Shown one piece after another: positions 1 through 13,003 of a stretch of DNA of 64,000 nt (positions are counted from its first letter, which is position 1; every line of letters starts with the position of its first letter). The translations under genes and the position numbers were made by a program. The DNA lies in assembly GCA_025603075.1 (NCBI GenBank), contig MU626357.1:15905-79904 (forward strand), read 5' to 3'. The stretch is from Neoconidiobolus thromboides FSU 785 (Eukaryota; Fungi; Entomophthoromycota). A model generated the notes under the pieces. The model saw only the letters and a list, made by a program, of their open reading frames with translations, had not been told where the DNA came from and made no database searches.

Positions 1-789
1 TGAATGACTTCCCAAACGCTAAATCTCCAATTACATCCTATAACATATATTATAATGCCTAGGTAATTTGACAAGTAACTTACAAAAGCAAAGTAATGAA
101 AATAAAGTCCAAAGTCTAACTTTTGGTCCTGAGTTACAAATTCATTAATTTTACTCACAAAATTATCTAGGTTTTTTTTGACCAAATATTCTACACTTCC
201 TATTACTTTATCTGAGAAACAAGGGGCAATGATTTTTTTCTATATATTTTTAATAGTTCTTTTAGCTATTCAATAAAATTACTCTTTGACGATGAAAATC
301 TTTATTTCTAGAAACGTTAATAAATATTATTATTATTAAGTTATTTAATACCTTGTACTAAAAGTAGTCTCTCCTACTACTGAAAGGATCTCATAGATGT
401 TACTCTTTTGGTAACCATAAGTTGCATATAACTCTTTTGCTGCTGATTCAGAAGAAAACGAAACTTGGTTCCAGCCTAAGTTAGATTAAGTCACTATATC
501 TACTATATTTTTAAATACTTACTTAATCTTACGACGTTTCCATATTTATTATGCATATCAAGACAGTATTCAGGATAAGTACCACCTAGCAAATAAGCAT
601 CGTGTATAATAGGGAATATCAAGTTTATTAGCGGACCAGGTACTTTTTTCAATGGACTAACGTATATATTATATAACATCTTTAAAGATTAAATCAATCA
701 AAAAAACTAATTCAGCCAACTACCTTATAAACGTAATAAACGAAAAGCAATGTAAATATATACCATAGTATTAGAGTAAAAGTAAACAT
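1..789 (-). CDS. Cytochrome P450, 5' part, multi-exon, runs off the window start
   Basis: Hand-spliced from ATG at 789: MFTFTLILWYIFTLLFVYYVYK|MLYNIYVSPLKKVPGP...MHNKYGNVVRL|SWNQVSFSSESAAKELY...TFSTR|NKDFHRQR|KKIIAPCFS...DVIGDLAFGKSF. This gives an N-terminal anchor, a PGP hinge and typical fungal P450 N-half motifs. GT-AG introns at 680-723, 308-351, 240-282 and others. The heme motif lies outside the window. Confidence 0.9.
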
Positions 790-2488
790 TTTTAAATCAG
801 TAATTGATCTTCTTTACTCGTTTTATACTTGATTTTAAGTCATATTATGATACTTGCTTAAAATTGCCTTTGTTTGGGGCTAAATTTATTTATGATTATT
901 CCTTATGGTTACAGTGATGATTATAGAATTAATACTTAAGGGCTTACATAATCAAAAATATCATAATAAAAATATCATATCAGATTTGAATGTATCAAAT
1001 ACGTATATCCTAATGTACAATCTATTATCTCATATCAATACTTTATACAATCAAATATATATTGTACTGTTATTTACAATAAACTAAACTTTAAGCTATT
1101 TTGTATTAGTTAGAAGTCTAACCTTTTTAGAAAATGTCCCAATTTACTATAATGTTCATGAACCTTAAAATTCAAACTGCGCACTAAATTTTCAGTTTTT
1201 GCCATATACCTATTAATGTTATGGTTTATTTTCATTTCTTAACAAACACTATCTTACGCACATATTCCTTTTTAGGGATATTGTGGTTTGATTCATATAA
1301 TATTATATATAGTTTTGACAGAAACTTTTCTGTAAATAGTATCTTAATTATTATATTTTTAGATAAAGATGGCTACTGTAAACCCTTTAAATCTTAAACT
1401 AAATTGGTTATCTTATTTTTATTTTAGTGGATTTTATTTTTATATAATATATTGAATATAACAACTAACAATTTGAACTAACTTTACTTCCTTTTATTTG
1501 CTTCTTTAAAAGTATAGTTTAGTATAACAAGCTTTTAAAAATAGGATTGATTGAAATAAAGCCAAAAGCTGCAAAATTTTAAACCGAAACGCACTACCTT
1601 AAAGCCAAATCCAAATAAACTTTCATAATTCTTTATTATGCTTAAAGTTATGCTTAAAAAAACAAAAATACTCTCAAAAATAGCAACTTTACAGATGCTA
1701 TTATTTGAAATTAATAACGTATTTGGTATCTACCGGTTTGTAAGTTGGCTTTAATTAAATATCAAAATAATGATGTTTGGGTTTATATTAGGTCGTCCTC
1801 TATGTTTTAAGTACCTTCGTTTAAGTCTATTATTCATTTTTTACTTGAATCTAAAAATATAAGATTACATATAATTCTTTTAAGTTCAGGTAAAAAAAAT
1901 TTGCAACACCTTAAATGAAGGTGCCTAAAACATAGAGAACAACCTAATATAGACCTGAACATCATTAATTCTTATAATAATGCAATGTGTAGTTATTTTA
2001 AAAATTATTAAGATTGAAAACATCAAAAATTGATAATATACTATATACTCTGTTAAACTATTTAATATTTCATTATTTGATTAAATTTGTCCTAAAACCT
2101 TGAAAAAAAGCCTTGTTAAATAATAAATACTAGCTAAAAACTTGGTTTATTGAATATCAAACTACTTTTTAAAACATAATGTAAAAAATAAAGTATACAG
2201 CTTCCAATAGCAAAGTTTAATAATAGAATAAAATCATTAATTATTTTATTTTCTATATCGCATTACAGATTCAGAAACCTGTCTGGATTTTTCTTCTAAT
2301 AATATATGTAAATTAAATGTCCTATCTAAAGCTAAAAAATTACCATGTTATTAATTATAGCTTTTTAATAAATACACTTTAATTTTTATTTAATCCATTC
2401 CCCTAGTTAAGTACTATATTTACAGTAGATTGTTGATATACGTATAATTTATTGAGATGTTCTAAATAAATAAATGAAATATAAAAAT

Positions 2489-3321
2489 TCATATGTTAAG
2501 CTTGATTTCTCGCTCTTTTAATATTTTAAGTTTAATATCAAGTTGTTTGAAATATTCCTCAAGTTGATGAACTTCATTCAGTTTGATTCTAATAGCTTCG
2601 TTATGCTTTTTTGTTAAATCCAAATTATTTTTAACTATATAATCGATTTTGTCTGCTTTATCACTATTTTCTATATCATCTTTCAAATGATAAATAATCC
2701 TATCATCCAACTTCTTTAGAACGTTTAAGTCCTTAATCCTGTTTTGAGTTGTCTTCACCTCATTTTTAATTATGATAATTTGACTTTCCATATTTTTAAT
2801 CAAAGCTAGTTTTTTATCTTTATCCATTTCTAATTCTACATTTTTTGATTTTATTTCTGCTTCTCTATGCCTTCTACGCACCCTACAATTATGGGATGCT
2901 TCTCTATTTTTACGCTTCCTTTCCTCTTCCTTTTTTTTGGCGTCTACCTTCGATTCACTATTCCGTGAAGTAGGTACGTTTGTAAAGGTGTTTTTAAAAT
3001 ATTCTCTTAATGGGTTACTTTCTATATCCTTTAATAAATTAATACAAAGTCACTTTAAATGTGTCTTATAATAATGACTACCTTGATTGTGTTGCTAAAT
3101 ATTGATCTAGGGTATGCTTTTTCTTTATTAACTCCAACTAAAGATATATTGTTTTCTTGCGTTACTTCATTATTATTTGCGCTCTCTATCTGAAGTTCCT
3201 TTTGGTTTGACTTTTTTCGACTAAATTCTTTCCTTTTTTCATCCAATTTATCTTTGTTGACTTCTTGATTTGAGTTTAGAAGCGATTTTATTGTATATCT
3301 TTGTGGTATTCTATCATTCAT
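2489..3321 (-). CDS. bZIP transcription factor (copy 1), 2 exons
   Basis: A phase-0 intron at 3029-3081 joins the two listed ORFs. Basic region RKRKNREASHNCRVRRRHREAEIKSKNVELE is followed by coiled coil. Confidence 0.8.
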
Positions 3322-5228
3322 TTTAATATCTGTAATTTAAAAACAAACTAAAAATTTTATATTGATTGTTTTATATAGAATAGTAAACGCCTCTTTATTT
3401 AGTAACAATTATAGTGGCGAGTTCAGAGCTTTGGTATTAACTTAAACAACTAAAAAGCCATAAATATGATGTAAAATATTCGACTCAGACTAAAGTTAAG
3501 TTTTCAGTGTTAGACTGATTAATAAAGCGTGAAAATGATTTATAAACAAGAAAATATCAAAATTTGGCTTGGTAGCAGAACTATATTATTGTAAGGTGTT
3601 TCCGGAATGCACCTTATTTATAAAAAAACAAAAGTTACCCATTATCAATAATAACAATCTATTTTGTTACTTTTACTTTACGTATAGAAGTTATTTAATA
3701 TATTATTAGGAGATATCTTAATTATAAGTCACTTCCTTTATTTATGCATAGAATATGATGTCATTTTAATTTGATTCTAGGACTTGGAAAGGAAATCGTA
3801 AAATAAATTTTATCTATCATCTGCTATATAAAAGCTATAGTAAACCACTTGAAAAGCTGTTTAGAACCGCGACAAATACTATAATTACTCTGTTTTTATC
3901 TTATTCTATTATGATGGTTATGTAAAACAAATTTTATTGCAATGAATAGAAAAAATATTCTGAAATTCCTGAACTACAGTTCACAATAACAGCGGTGTTT
4001 AAATACTAATTAATTATTAAAAAAGGGAATAGCACTTATAAAGATATAAAGTAATACGATAGGCTGATACAATCTGTATGTTAAAATTCTTTCACAAAGA
4101 CTTAAGCTGAGTTGGCTAAATAAATGGTGCTACTTTATTTTAATATATTCTTGTATAAAGTTTTTTCATATTTTCTATAGAAAAAATATATTAAATAATA
4201 CAGTATGCAAAGCATGAAATTGACTTTATTTCTAAATTAAGATCGTGCCTTACTATATTTACTATCCAAATTGTATTTGTTGCAATATTCGATGACATTT
4301 TACTAAAATAAAACATATGTCCGATAGGATAAATATATAGGCACTTCCATAGCGTGCAGGTTTTATAAGGCTTTTTTTTGTTTTTTTCAACTATAAATGC
4401 GCTTTGAGACTAAAATGGATATTTTTTCCAATTATAACCCACATATCATAAAACGGATGTTATTTATTTGAGTAATTTACATTATTTTCATTGTTCTCTC
4501 TGACTTTGATTGAATGATATAAGATGCTTTATTCAAGGGTTAAAAATTAATAGTTAAAATAGTATTTATATTGCTTTTAAAAATTAATTATAAATAAACT
4601 TATTGTCTTAAATTAATAATTATTGACTAAAAGCAAAAGATTTATACAGCAATTAGTAGAAAGTTTCAAAGCCTTAGAAAGCATACAAAAAATTCCCATG
4701 CTAAAAATGTTAAATTCTAACCCATAGACTATAAGATTTGGTCAAAATTTTAAAATGTATTGATTTAACTCAAATGAATTAACGATCTTAATTTAAACTT
4801 TTAGTCTATACAAAAAATTAATATAGTAAATTATTAACCTTTATTTATTAATATTGCATCTTAGTTTAAGATTTAAATTAAAACCCTCTATATAATACTA
4901 AGCGCTTTTAGGACACAAACTATATTAATAAAAAATAATCAAAAAAATGGGCAATATAAATTTGTGGATAAATTACTTTTTGAAATGAAGGCAAAAATAT
5001 TTTCTTAAAATTAATTAGTTTTTAAATTTTGCAATCCAAATCGAATTTATTTTTAATACTTTATATAATGTGAAACTATTTAAAATTTTTTTTATCTTAA
5101 ATAACCACTTTAGTCAAATTAAGTTGAAAAAGGCGGATTAACCGATAAAAACGAAAAACATAGAATATTATAAATACTGATAGAATATTCAAGGTGCATT
5201 TTATTACCTATTATTTTTCTTGAAATAT

Positions 5229-5325
5229 TGGGATGTTTTTTGGTTTCATTATTTTTTCCATTTTTAAGCACTATTTCAGTGGAAATTTTTTTTAGTAAAA
5301 TTCTTAAACACAAGAATACATCCTC
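5229..5325 (-). mobile_element. ~96-bp MITE copy 1
   Basis: Matches the family consensus; ATAT flanks both sides if one terminal mismatch is allowed. Confidence 0.85.
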
Positions 5326-5369
5326 ATATATTTTTTTGTCACTTAGCCTGTAAAACTAAGTTAACTATT

Positions 5370-5376
5370 AGCCAAT
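5370..5376 (+). promoter_or_regulatory. CCAAT box (AGCCAAT) upstream of SCO1
   Basis: About 96 bp before the ATG at 5472; the same heptamer recurs upstream of other genes here. Confidence 0.4.
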
Positions 5377-5471
5377 CAAAAGCCCTATTTATTAAGCATT
5401 CGATGTTTTTATTTTTAAAATTAAATATTGTTTTCAGTTATCAATAGTATTATCTTACAATTTTAGAGGTT

Positions 5472-6370
5472 ATGAATTTAATAAGAAAAGGCTTCAGTGC
5501 GATAAAAAACATAAAACCAACACGTTCATTTAAAGTGAATTATGCAACTCTTCCAAATGATCAAGGACAAAAGGTTAAAAATTCAATTGGAGTAAGAATT
5601 CATTAAATTTAAAGTTGAAAATATAATTTGAAAAGCCAGTTAGTTTAACGTCTTTAGGTCTGTTTTTGGCTACTGGTGCTGGGTTGTATTATTACTTAGG
5701 TCAAGAAAAGCAAAAAGTTGAAATTGAAAGAGGCCAAAGAATAAAGAGGGAAAATGAAAAAAGTTTTGGCAAACCTAAACTTGGTGGAAACTTTGAATTA
5801 ACGGATCATTTTGGGAATAAATTTAATCAAGATAACCTTTTGAATAAATATTCAATTATTTACTTTGGATTCACCCACTGTCCTGACATTTGCCCAGATG
5901 AGTTGGATAAAATGTCCGAAATCGTTGAAGCAGTTGGTATTATTATTTAATATTTATTTTATTTATTTATTATTTTTGTTTACTAGAGAATGATTCTTCA
6001 TTAAAAAACAAGCTTACTCCAATATTTATTACCTGTGATCCATTGAGAGATAGTCCAGAAGTTATCAAAGAATATTTAAACGGTAAATCATTGTATTTTA
6101 TATTCAAACTCAATTTACATATTAGATTTCCATCCTAAATTTATTGGGCTTACTGGAACAATTGATGATATTGCCAAGACGTGTAAGGCATATCGAGTAT
6201 ATTATTCTAAGCCTCCAAAAGTAAACCCTGGTGAGGATTACTTAGTAGATCATTCAATCTTTTTTTATTTGATGGATCCAAATGGACAATTCGTAGATTG
6301 TTATGGTAAAGATAAAACTGCTGAACAAGCTTTCTATTCTATTAAAGGATATTTGAGTGAAAATCTATAA
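5472..6370 (+). CDS. SCO1: Mitochondrial copper chaperone SCO1/SenC, multi-exon
   Basis: Presequence-like N-terminus, TM segment PVSLTSLGLFLATGAG, FGFTHCPDICPDEL (CxxxC), later exons with FITCDPLRD and DYLVDHSIFFYLMDP. Confidence 0.95.
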
Positions 6371-6472
6371 TATAGATCATTAAAATTAAATATATATGAA
6401 CATGCTTTTAAAGTTATAAGTTGATCAATTTTTAAGCCTAAAGAATAGTATTATAGCTGAAAGGAAAGAAAT

Positions 6473-6565
6473 AGGGTGTTCTTTGATTTCATTATTTTTT
6501 CCATCTTTTAAGCACTATCTGGGTGGGAAAACTGTTAGTAAAATTCTTAAACACAATACATCCTC
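6473..6565 (-). mobile_element. MITE copy 2
   Basis: Consensus match; AAAT on both flanks with one terminal mismatch. Confidence 0.85.
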
Positions 6566-7412
6566 AAATATTTTATAATTTTTAAATCATAATAGTTTAA
6601 AATTTCACTTGTAAACATTATGTTTTCTAACCTTGATTTATTTGTCTTATAAAACATATTCTAAAACAATTATATACTTTACTACTTTAGATTATCATAG
6701 TTTTTTAAAGTTGATTGTTATATTAATAGCTCATAATAAATCCAAATTCAAGCTACACCTATTAAGTTATGTTTAATATTTCGGCATTTTTAACTTTAAA
6801 AGTTAAATAGTGGCAGGGTAGGATATTATATCATTTTGTTTGAGCAAAGTAAGTATAATTCATATTTAATTTATCCTTAAGATAATAACAAATAACATTG
6901 AGCTTTATTGTGATTGAGTCTGTCATATTGAATCCTTTTCATGCCCCTTAAAGCTTGAAATTTATTAAATATGTTAAATCATGTTAACTCAAAATGTTGA
7001 ATTATCAATGAAAAGGAAGAAAATTGACAAGTATTAGATTTGTTAAATTAATCATTTAACTAAATATTATTTATAATCTAATTTAGTTAAAACTAAAAAT
7101 CACTATAAAATAATCTATAAGAAATCAATTGAAGGAGTAAAAGGGATAAATGAATGTAAATTAAATAAATAAAAGTTTATTATTATAAACATAGTTAGCT
7201 CCTAAAATTAATGATTGGGTGCTTTGAATATAACCAAAAAATGTTAAGAAAATTAAACCAATATTTAAAAACCCGGTTTAAACTACCCCCTCACCCCATA
7301 ATTACTAACCTTATTTAGCAGCTTTAAATTTAAAAGGAGACAGTAAAGCAATAATATTAAAATGATATTGATCATAAAAATACATTCGTTTTTTTCAATT
7401 CTATTTATCACC

Positions 7413-8918
7413 ATGGCTTTAGATAATATAAATGATAATATAGTGATCACTATCATGTTCTTTTGGAACTTATTTATAGTAGGTTCGTCAGTATTATTTG
7501 TACATTTACGAAGCAATTTGACCATAAAATTTCGAAATGTTGGACTAACATTATATGGGGTTGTAGCTACATTACTCCTTACAAATATTTACTTTATGAC
7601 AATGCTAAGGCCTTCTACTGTGCCTTGTCATTTCGTTTTATGGGCTATTTCTTTATGCGCTCCTTCTTGGTTCTTATCTCTTTTTGGAAAGTTTTTTTTA
7701 TTAGCCTTTAGTTACCAGCATGCAAAATCAAAATTAAAGGCAAATACAGCTCTAACCTTTTTGGATAGCAACCATGCCAGCAGTATAAACCACGACAACA
7801 ATAAAAAGAATAGCAACCTTTTCAATTTATTTAGAAAAGATAAGCATGAATCATCCAGAGATGCCGAATTGGGTCGTAATTGGTATCATCAGAATAGAAA
7901 TCGGTGGACAACTCAGTCAGTATGTGTATGTATTATTATTATGCTTGGTTTTCATGCCGTGGTAGCTGCATTGACTCAATGGCTAGACCCAAAGTATCAT
8001 GTATTAGCAACACCACAATTAAATTGCATTCAAGGTAATGGTATGATTCCATTATTTATTACTGCTATCTTATATTTCGGTGTTGGAGGTCCACTCTTAG
8101 TTATTCTACTATGGCCAGCTAAAGATGCTTACTGGCTTAAGTTTGAGTTAGTAGCTTTAGTATTGACTACTTCTCCAATCATTACTTTATTTTTACTATT
8201 CACTTACGTTGGATTTCTTGGAGAAAAATTTTATCCAGTTATATTTTTACTACCATTTCATTTATTGACTCATTGCTCATCTATAGTAATTCCTATATTA
8301 GATGTGTATCGTAATCATTTAAAGAAAACACCTAATAACTTTGCTAAATTTCATCTTATGTTGAAAGATCCAGATCAATTTACTGATTTTAAAGAATTCA
8401 CTGTCAGTGATTTTACAATTGAAAACCCCTTATTTTATGAAGCATATATTAATTTTTTAAATGAGTATGATCCTAATTTATTATTAAACAATCCACTACA
8501 CCAAATTGATTCAAATCTCACAAAGAAATCAATTTTACCTAAGCTAATACCAAACAAATGGAATCCATTACAAAGTACAGCTCATTTAAATGAGTCCCAC
8601 AGTGTAAATAACAATAATATTTTAATGGAAGAGATTTCACGTGATGCCGAAAGCACTGTAATAATCGTTGATAAGAACCTAGCTTTAGCACCTTTAAATG
8701 CAAAAGAGACAAGGGAGCTATTGAATATCTATGAAAAATTTATTGCCCCTGGCTCTGATTATCAGTTGAATTTAAATGGAACAACTGTAAGACAAATAAA
8801 GATGAGAATTAATAATCAAGAGTATGATCCATTGATGTACATGCCAGCTTTGAATGAAGTGCTCGATTCAATGTATCGTAATACCTACGTTCGTTTTATA
8901 AAATTTCAGCAATTTTAA
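7413..8918 (+). CDS. 7TM-RGS protein (GprK/AtRGS1-type architecture), paralog A, intronless
   Basis: Seven hydrophobic segments followed by an RGS domain (FKEFTVSDFTIENPLFY...IYEKFIAPGSDYQLNL...MYRNTYVRF). Start placed at 7413 by homology with paralog B. Confidence 0.9.
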   Translation: MALDNINDNIVITIMFFWNLFIVGSSVLFVHLRSNLTIKFRNVGLTLYGVVATLLLTNIYFMTMLRPSTVPCHFVLWAISLCAPSWFLSLFGKFFLLAFSYQHAKSKLKANTALTFLDSNHASSINHDNNKKNSNLFNLFRKDKHESSRDAELGRNWYHQNRNRWTTQSVCVCIIIMLGFHAVVAALTQWLDPKYHVLATPQLNCIQGNGMIPLFITAILYFGVGGPLLVILLWPAKDAYWLKFELVALVLTTSPIITLFLLFTYVGFLGEKFYPVIFLLPFHLLTHCSSIVIPILDVYRNHLKKTPNNFAKFHLMLKDPDQFTDFKEFTVSDFTIENPLFYEAYINFLNEYDPNLLLNNPLHQIDSNLTKKSILPKLIPNKWNPLQSTAHLNESHSVNNNNILMEEISRDAESTVIIVDKNLALAPLNAKETRELLNIYEKFIAPGSDYQLNLNGTTVRQIKMRINNQEYDPLMYMPALNEVLDSMYRNTYVRFIKFQQF

Positions 8919-9979
8919 CTGCTTCATGTCTATATTTTTTATAAGGTTGATTTATCCTTATTTCATATTTTTAATTCAATAAACTTAGATTTAAATAGTA
9001 ATGAAATTTATTTAAGTGTTAATTTTAAATTATACCTGTACCTTATAATTGATAATTGTTTTTTTTATTGAATATTAAAAACTATATTTCAGCTTTTATA
9101 GCTAACAAAACTAAGTATGAAAATTTATAAATATTTTTGAACATGGAGTAATAAAGCTTTTAAGCGTATTATTAGGAGTAGAAATTTTTAAACGCAAGTT
9201 TAATAAGAATGGGAAAAGACGAGAAGAGTAAATGAAGTTATGATAATGATGTAAAGTATCATAATTTCTTTTTTCAAGTTCAGGTTTTAGAAGGTTATAA
9301 TTAAAACCGAGTAAAAATATTAAATGTTGAAGCAAAAATCACCGTTCCTTCTGTACAAAATAGAATTTCAAATATTAAGTTAAAAATGAAAAATAATAAA
9401 GAAAGATATTCCCAAATATTATTTCAAAAAGAAATCAATGTTTAACATATTGAATCTGAGTATTCTTAGATACAAATCATTTCAAAAATAAACAAGTTAT
9501 GAAAACTGAAAATCAACTTTTTCATCTGGAATCATATAAAGAACAATATTGCTGAAAAAATGTCTAAAAAATATCATTTAAGGATAGTGTATTAGTTTTG
9601 AATAAATAAAAGCTATAACTTCTTTTAAATGTATAATTATTTAAAGTTTGCTTTATAATTTGTTTATTAGCTTTTTCTTTTATTTAATAGGGCTCAGACT
9701 GAATAAAATTATGAAGTATATACAATCATTGGGTAATTGTTACAACATACGAATAAAAGCAACCCATAGTTCGAGTTTATTTTTATTTATAACTTTAGAT
9801 AAAACATACTCCCAAATTAGGTAATATGGCAATTGAAGATTATTTAAAACTCAGGGTTTCCAAGAATAATTTGTACAATAATTTACAAAACGATTAAGTG
9901 GTGGATAAAAGAAAAATAATCGAATTTTTATCTTTTTTACTTTTTATTTTACCTTAATCTATTTTAAAAAAAACCTAAA

Positions 9980-11296
9980 ATGTTGAAATTTAACACTACC
10001 CTAGCCCAGAATATATTAGTCGGGTTTATATGTTTCTGTTGTCCAGGGATGTTCAATGCGTTGAATGGTATCGGAGGAGGAGGTTTGGAAGATCCAACTG
10101 TTGCCTCAAACGCTTTAGTTGCACTCTACACAACATTTTCTTTAGTAGGAGCTTTCGCTGGTGGTGCTATTAACAATATTTTAGGGACCAAGCTTACTAT
10201 GTTAATAGGCTGCTTAACCTTTGCACTATACTCTGGTTCGTTATTAGCTTATAATAGTATTGAAAATCACGCCATAGGTTCGCCCCTTGTTATTGCAGCA
10301 GGTGCCATTTTAGGAATTGGTGCCGCTATGCTGTGGTCAGCACAAGGCGCATTAATGATGGCGTATCCTTTAGAAAGCGAAAAGGGGAAATTCATTTCGG
10401 TTTTTTGGGTTATATTTAATATTGGAGGTGTATTAGGCGGCCTGATTTCATTTGGCATCAATTTTAATAATAGTTCAGCTGGAGTAACCTCTGGTACTTA
10501 CATTGCTTTTATGTCATTAATGATAGTTGGAGCATTAATTGCGTTATTGTTATTACCACCTAATAAAGTTGTTCGTTCTGATGGCTCTCCAATCGAGGTT
10601 CCAAAGTATCCATCGCCTATTGAAGAAATTAAAGGAGTTGCAAAGGTATTTTTTGATCTTAAGATGATATTGTTGATTCCACTATTTCTCTCTTCTAATT
10701 GGTATTACACTTATGAATTTAACACATATAATGGGTTATTATTTAATATACGTACTCGTTCACTTAATAATGCTTTATATTGGGGCACTCAAATGATTTC
10801 TGCTACTATATGGGGTAAGCTGTTAGATAATCCAAAAATGACGCGTAAGCAAAGAGGTTTCTTAGCTTTGTCTTTATTAGGGTTAATTGTTTCTGCCATT
10901 TGGGGTGGAGGTTTGGCTGTGCAACTTAATTTTTCAGTAGAGAACCCACCTAAGCCAATTGATTTTAGTGATAGTGGCTATGTTGGATTAGTATTTTTGT
11001 ATATTTTTTATGGATTAGCTGATTCATTAGTGCAAACCACTTCCTATTGGGTAATGGGGGCACTATCTAATGACTCTGCAGTTTTATCCCGCTATGCTGG
11101 TTTCTATAAAGGCATACAATCTGCTGGAGCAGCAATTGCCTGGCGATTGAATGCTATCCAAACTCCTTATCTTGTTGAATTGATTATCAATTGGACTTTA
11201 ATAGTAGCTGGATGTATAGCTGCACTTATAGTTGCTACTAAGATTAAAGAGTCTTCAAAGGTTGAACAAGAAGATAAAGTAGTTTATCAAAGTTAA
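9980..11296 (+). CDS. UNC93-like MFS membrane protein
   Basis: Multi-pass hydrophobic protein with motifs CFCCPGMFNALNGIGGGG, GAAMLWSAQG and RYAGFYKGIQSAGAAIAW. Confidence 0.9.
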   Translation: MLKFNTTLAQNILVGFICFCCPGMFNALNGIGGGGLEDPTVASNALVALYTTFSLVGAFAGGAINNILGTKLTMLIGCLTFALYSGSLLAYNSIENHAIGSPLVIAAGAILGIGAAMLWSAQGALMMAYPLESEKGKFISVFWVIFNIGGVLGGLISFGINFNNSSAGVTSGTYIAFMSLMIVGALIALLLLPPNKVVRSDGSPIEVPKYPSPIEEIKGVAKVFFDLKMILLIPLFLSSNWYYTYEFNTYNGLLFNIRTRSLNNALYWGTQMISATIWGKLLDNPKMTRKQRGFLALSLLGLIVSAIWGGGLAVQLNFSVENPPKPIDFSDSGYVGLVFLYIFYGLADSLVQTTSYWVMGALSNDSAVLSRYAGFYKGIQSAGAAIAWRLNAIQTPYLVELIINWTLIVAGCIAALIVATKIKESSKVEQEDKVVYQS

Positions 11297-11575
11297 TTAT
11301 TAACCCAAATGAATAAAGATAAATATTTAAATAAATTAACCGAAAAATATCTATTTTCAAGATCTTATTACTTAATAAAAGTTGGTTTTTATTCATTCAA
11401 ATTAATATAAATTAAATGCATCTTTTATTTGTTTGTAGCCTATTTCTATCATCTAAAACCGTTTTCTAAAATAAAAAGATTATGTTTAAAAGGTGTTAGT
11501 TTTAAATATCTCATCACAACCAATAGACTTATTTTAGATGAGAAAACAAAATCAAACAATTTACTATAATTATAT

Positions 11576-11671
11576 GATGATGTCTCTTTTTGTTAAAAAA
11601 AATTTACTAATATATTTTCCTCTTAAGAGCACTTAAAAAATAGAAATAGTGATGAAACCCAAAAACACCCT
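11576..11671 (+). mobile_element. MITE copy 3 (degenerate)
   Basis: Diverged but full-length; ATAT flanks. Confidence 0.7.
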
Positions 11672-11911
11672 ATATAGAGATTACAGATAAATAGACATTA
11701 TCTAAAAAGCTTGATTTGAGGTTCATTGCTAGTTTTATATAAGATTATTTCAAAAGTAATATTCTTTTTTGGCAAAAAAAGCCAGTTGTTAACTGCTACA
11801 TCAAATATCTTTTACCTTATAAAAATTTATACTAAAAAACTTATCTTCAGTAGTTATATACAATTACCACTTTAGATCTGTCAAAAAAGGAAACCTCTTA
11901 TGTAACCATAC

Positions 11912-12007
11912 GGGGATGTATTTTTGTTTAAGGATTTTACTAACAAATTTTCTGCTCAAATAGCGCTTAAAAGATGGAAAAAGTAATGAAGCCAAAAAAA
12001 CACTCTC
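11912..12007 (+). mobile_element. MITE copy 4
   Basis: Close to consensus (GGGGATGTATTTTTG...CAAAAAAACACTCTC); the flanks do not match as a TSD. Confidence 0.9.
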
Positions 12008-12359
12008 AGGTTATAATCAAAATTTAGGCTTTAATATCATAATGAGTATTATTTTTGAAACTTCATTGTTTTAATAAAATGCTATGGAGTAGTTTCAATG
12101 GTTTTATATTGGAAATTGTAATAATAGTGATTGATTAAAAGTACTATTAAAAAAAATACTATTTTTTATGATAATACTAGGTGAAGTTACTTTCGCTTTA
12201 TCTTTTAGGGTTCCTTGATGTATGTTAAAGATACCAAAACCAAGGAAAGTAAAAGTAGTAATACCAACTTCAATGTTAAAATCATTAGTAAACATAATAA
12301 ACTACTTTATTAATTTAAAGTTAAGTTATTGAATAGCGTACGTATAGCTTTCAAGATTT

Positions 12360-12454
12360 GAGAATATTTTTTGTTTCATTACTTTTTCCATTTCTTAAGC
12401 GTTATTTTGAGTGGAAAGATTGTTAGTAAAATTCTTAAACAAAAATACATCCCC
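12360..12454 (-). mobile_element. MITE copy 5
   Basis: GAG...CCCC termini with an exact ATTT/ATTT TSD. Confidence 0.9.
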
Positions 12455-13003
12455 ATTTAAAGTTTTTCTGTTGTTGTTTTAATTATTTAGTGATATGAAC
12501 TTAATATAAATAATTTGATATCTTTCAAAACCTTTTAAAAGTAACAAGTTTTATATTTGACTCTATATTATTTTAAGATTTAATCATAATCCCTTTATAA
12601 AATTATCCTCACGCACTTAAATCATTTAAATATAAATCTCATTACTTTGCCCCTTAATATATTAACCTAATAAAAATTAAACCAATGCTCAAAATATAAA
12701 TGTAGGCTAATATATAGTATGGTATATATAAAAATATAATGTCAATAGTCTTTTGATAACAACTAGATCTAAAAACATGCATAAATTAAATAGTCATATA
12801 TATTAATATAGCATTTATCTAATAGAAAAGAAATTAAATTTTTGGTAATAAACCCTTGCTCCTTAAAAATAATTAACTTAAAAAGGATATTATACCAACT
12901 ATATAAACTCCTTTCTGATATAGGCCTTTCCTTAGAAAACTAAAAGTATTAAAAATTAAAATTTGATTTCTTATTATTTATTTTTAATTATTTATTTATA
13001 AAA

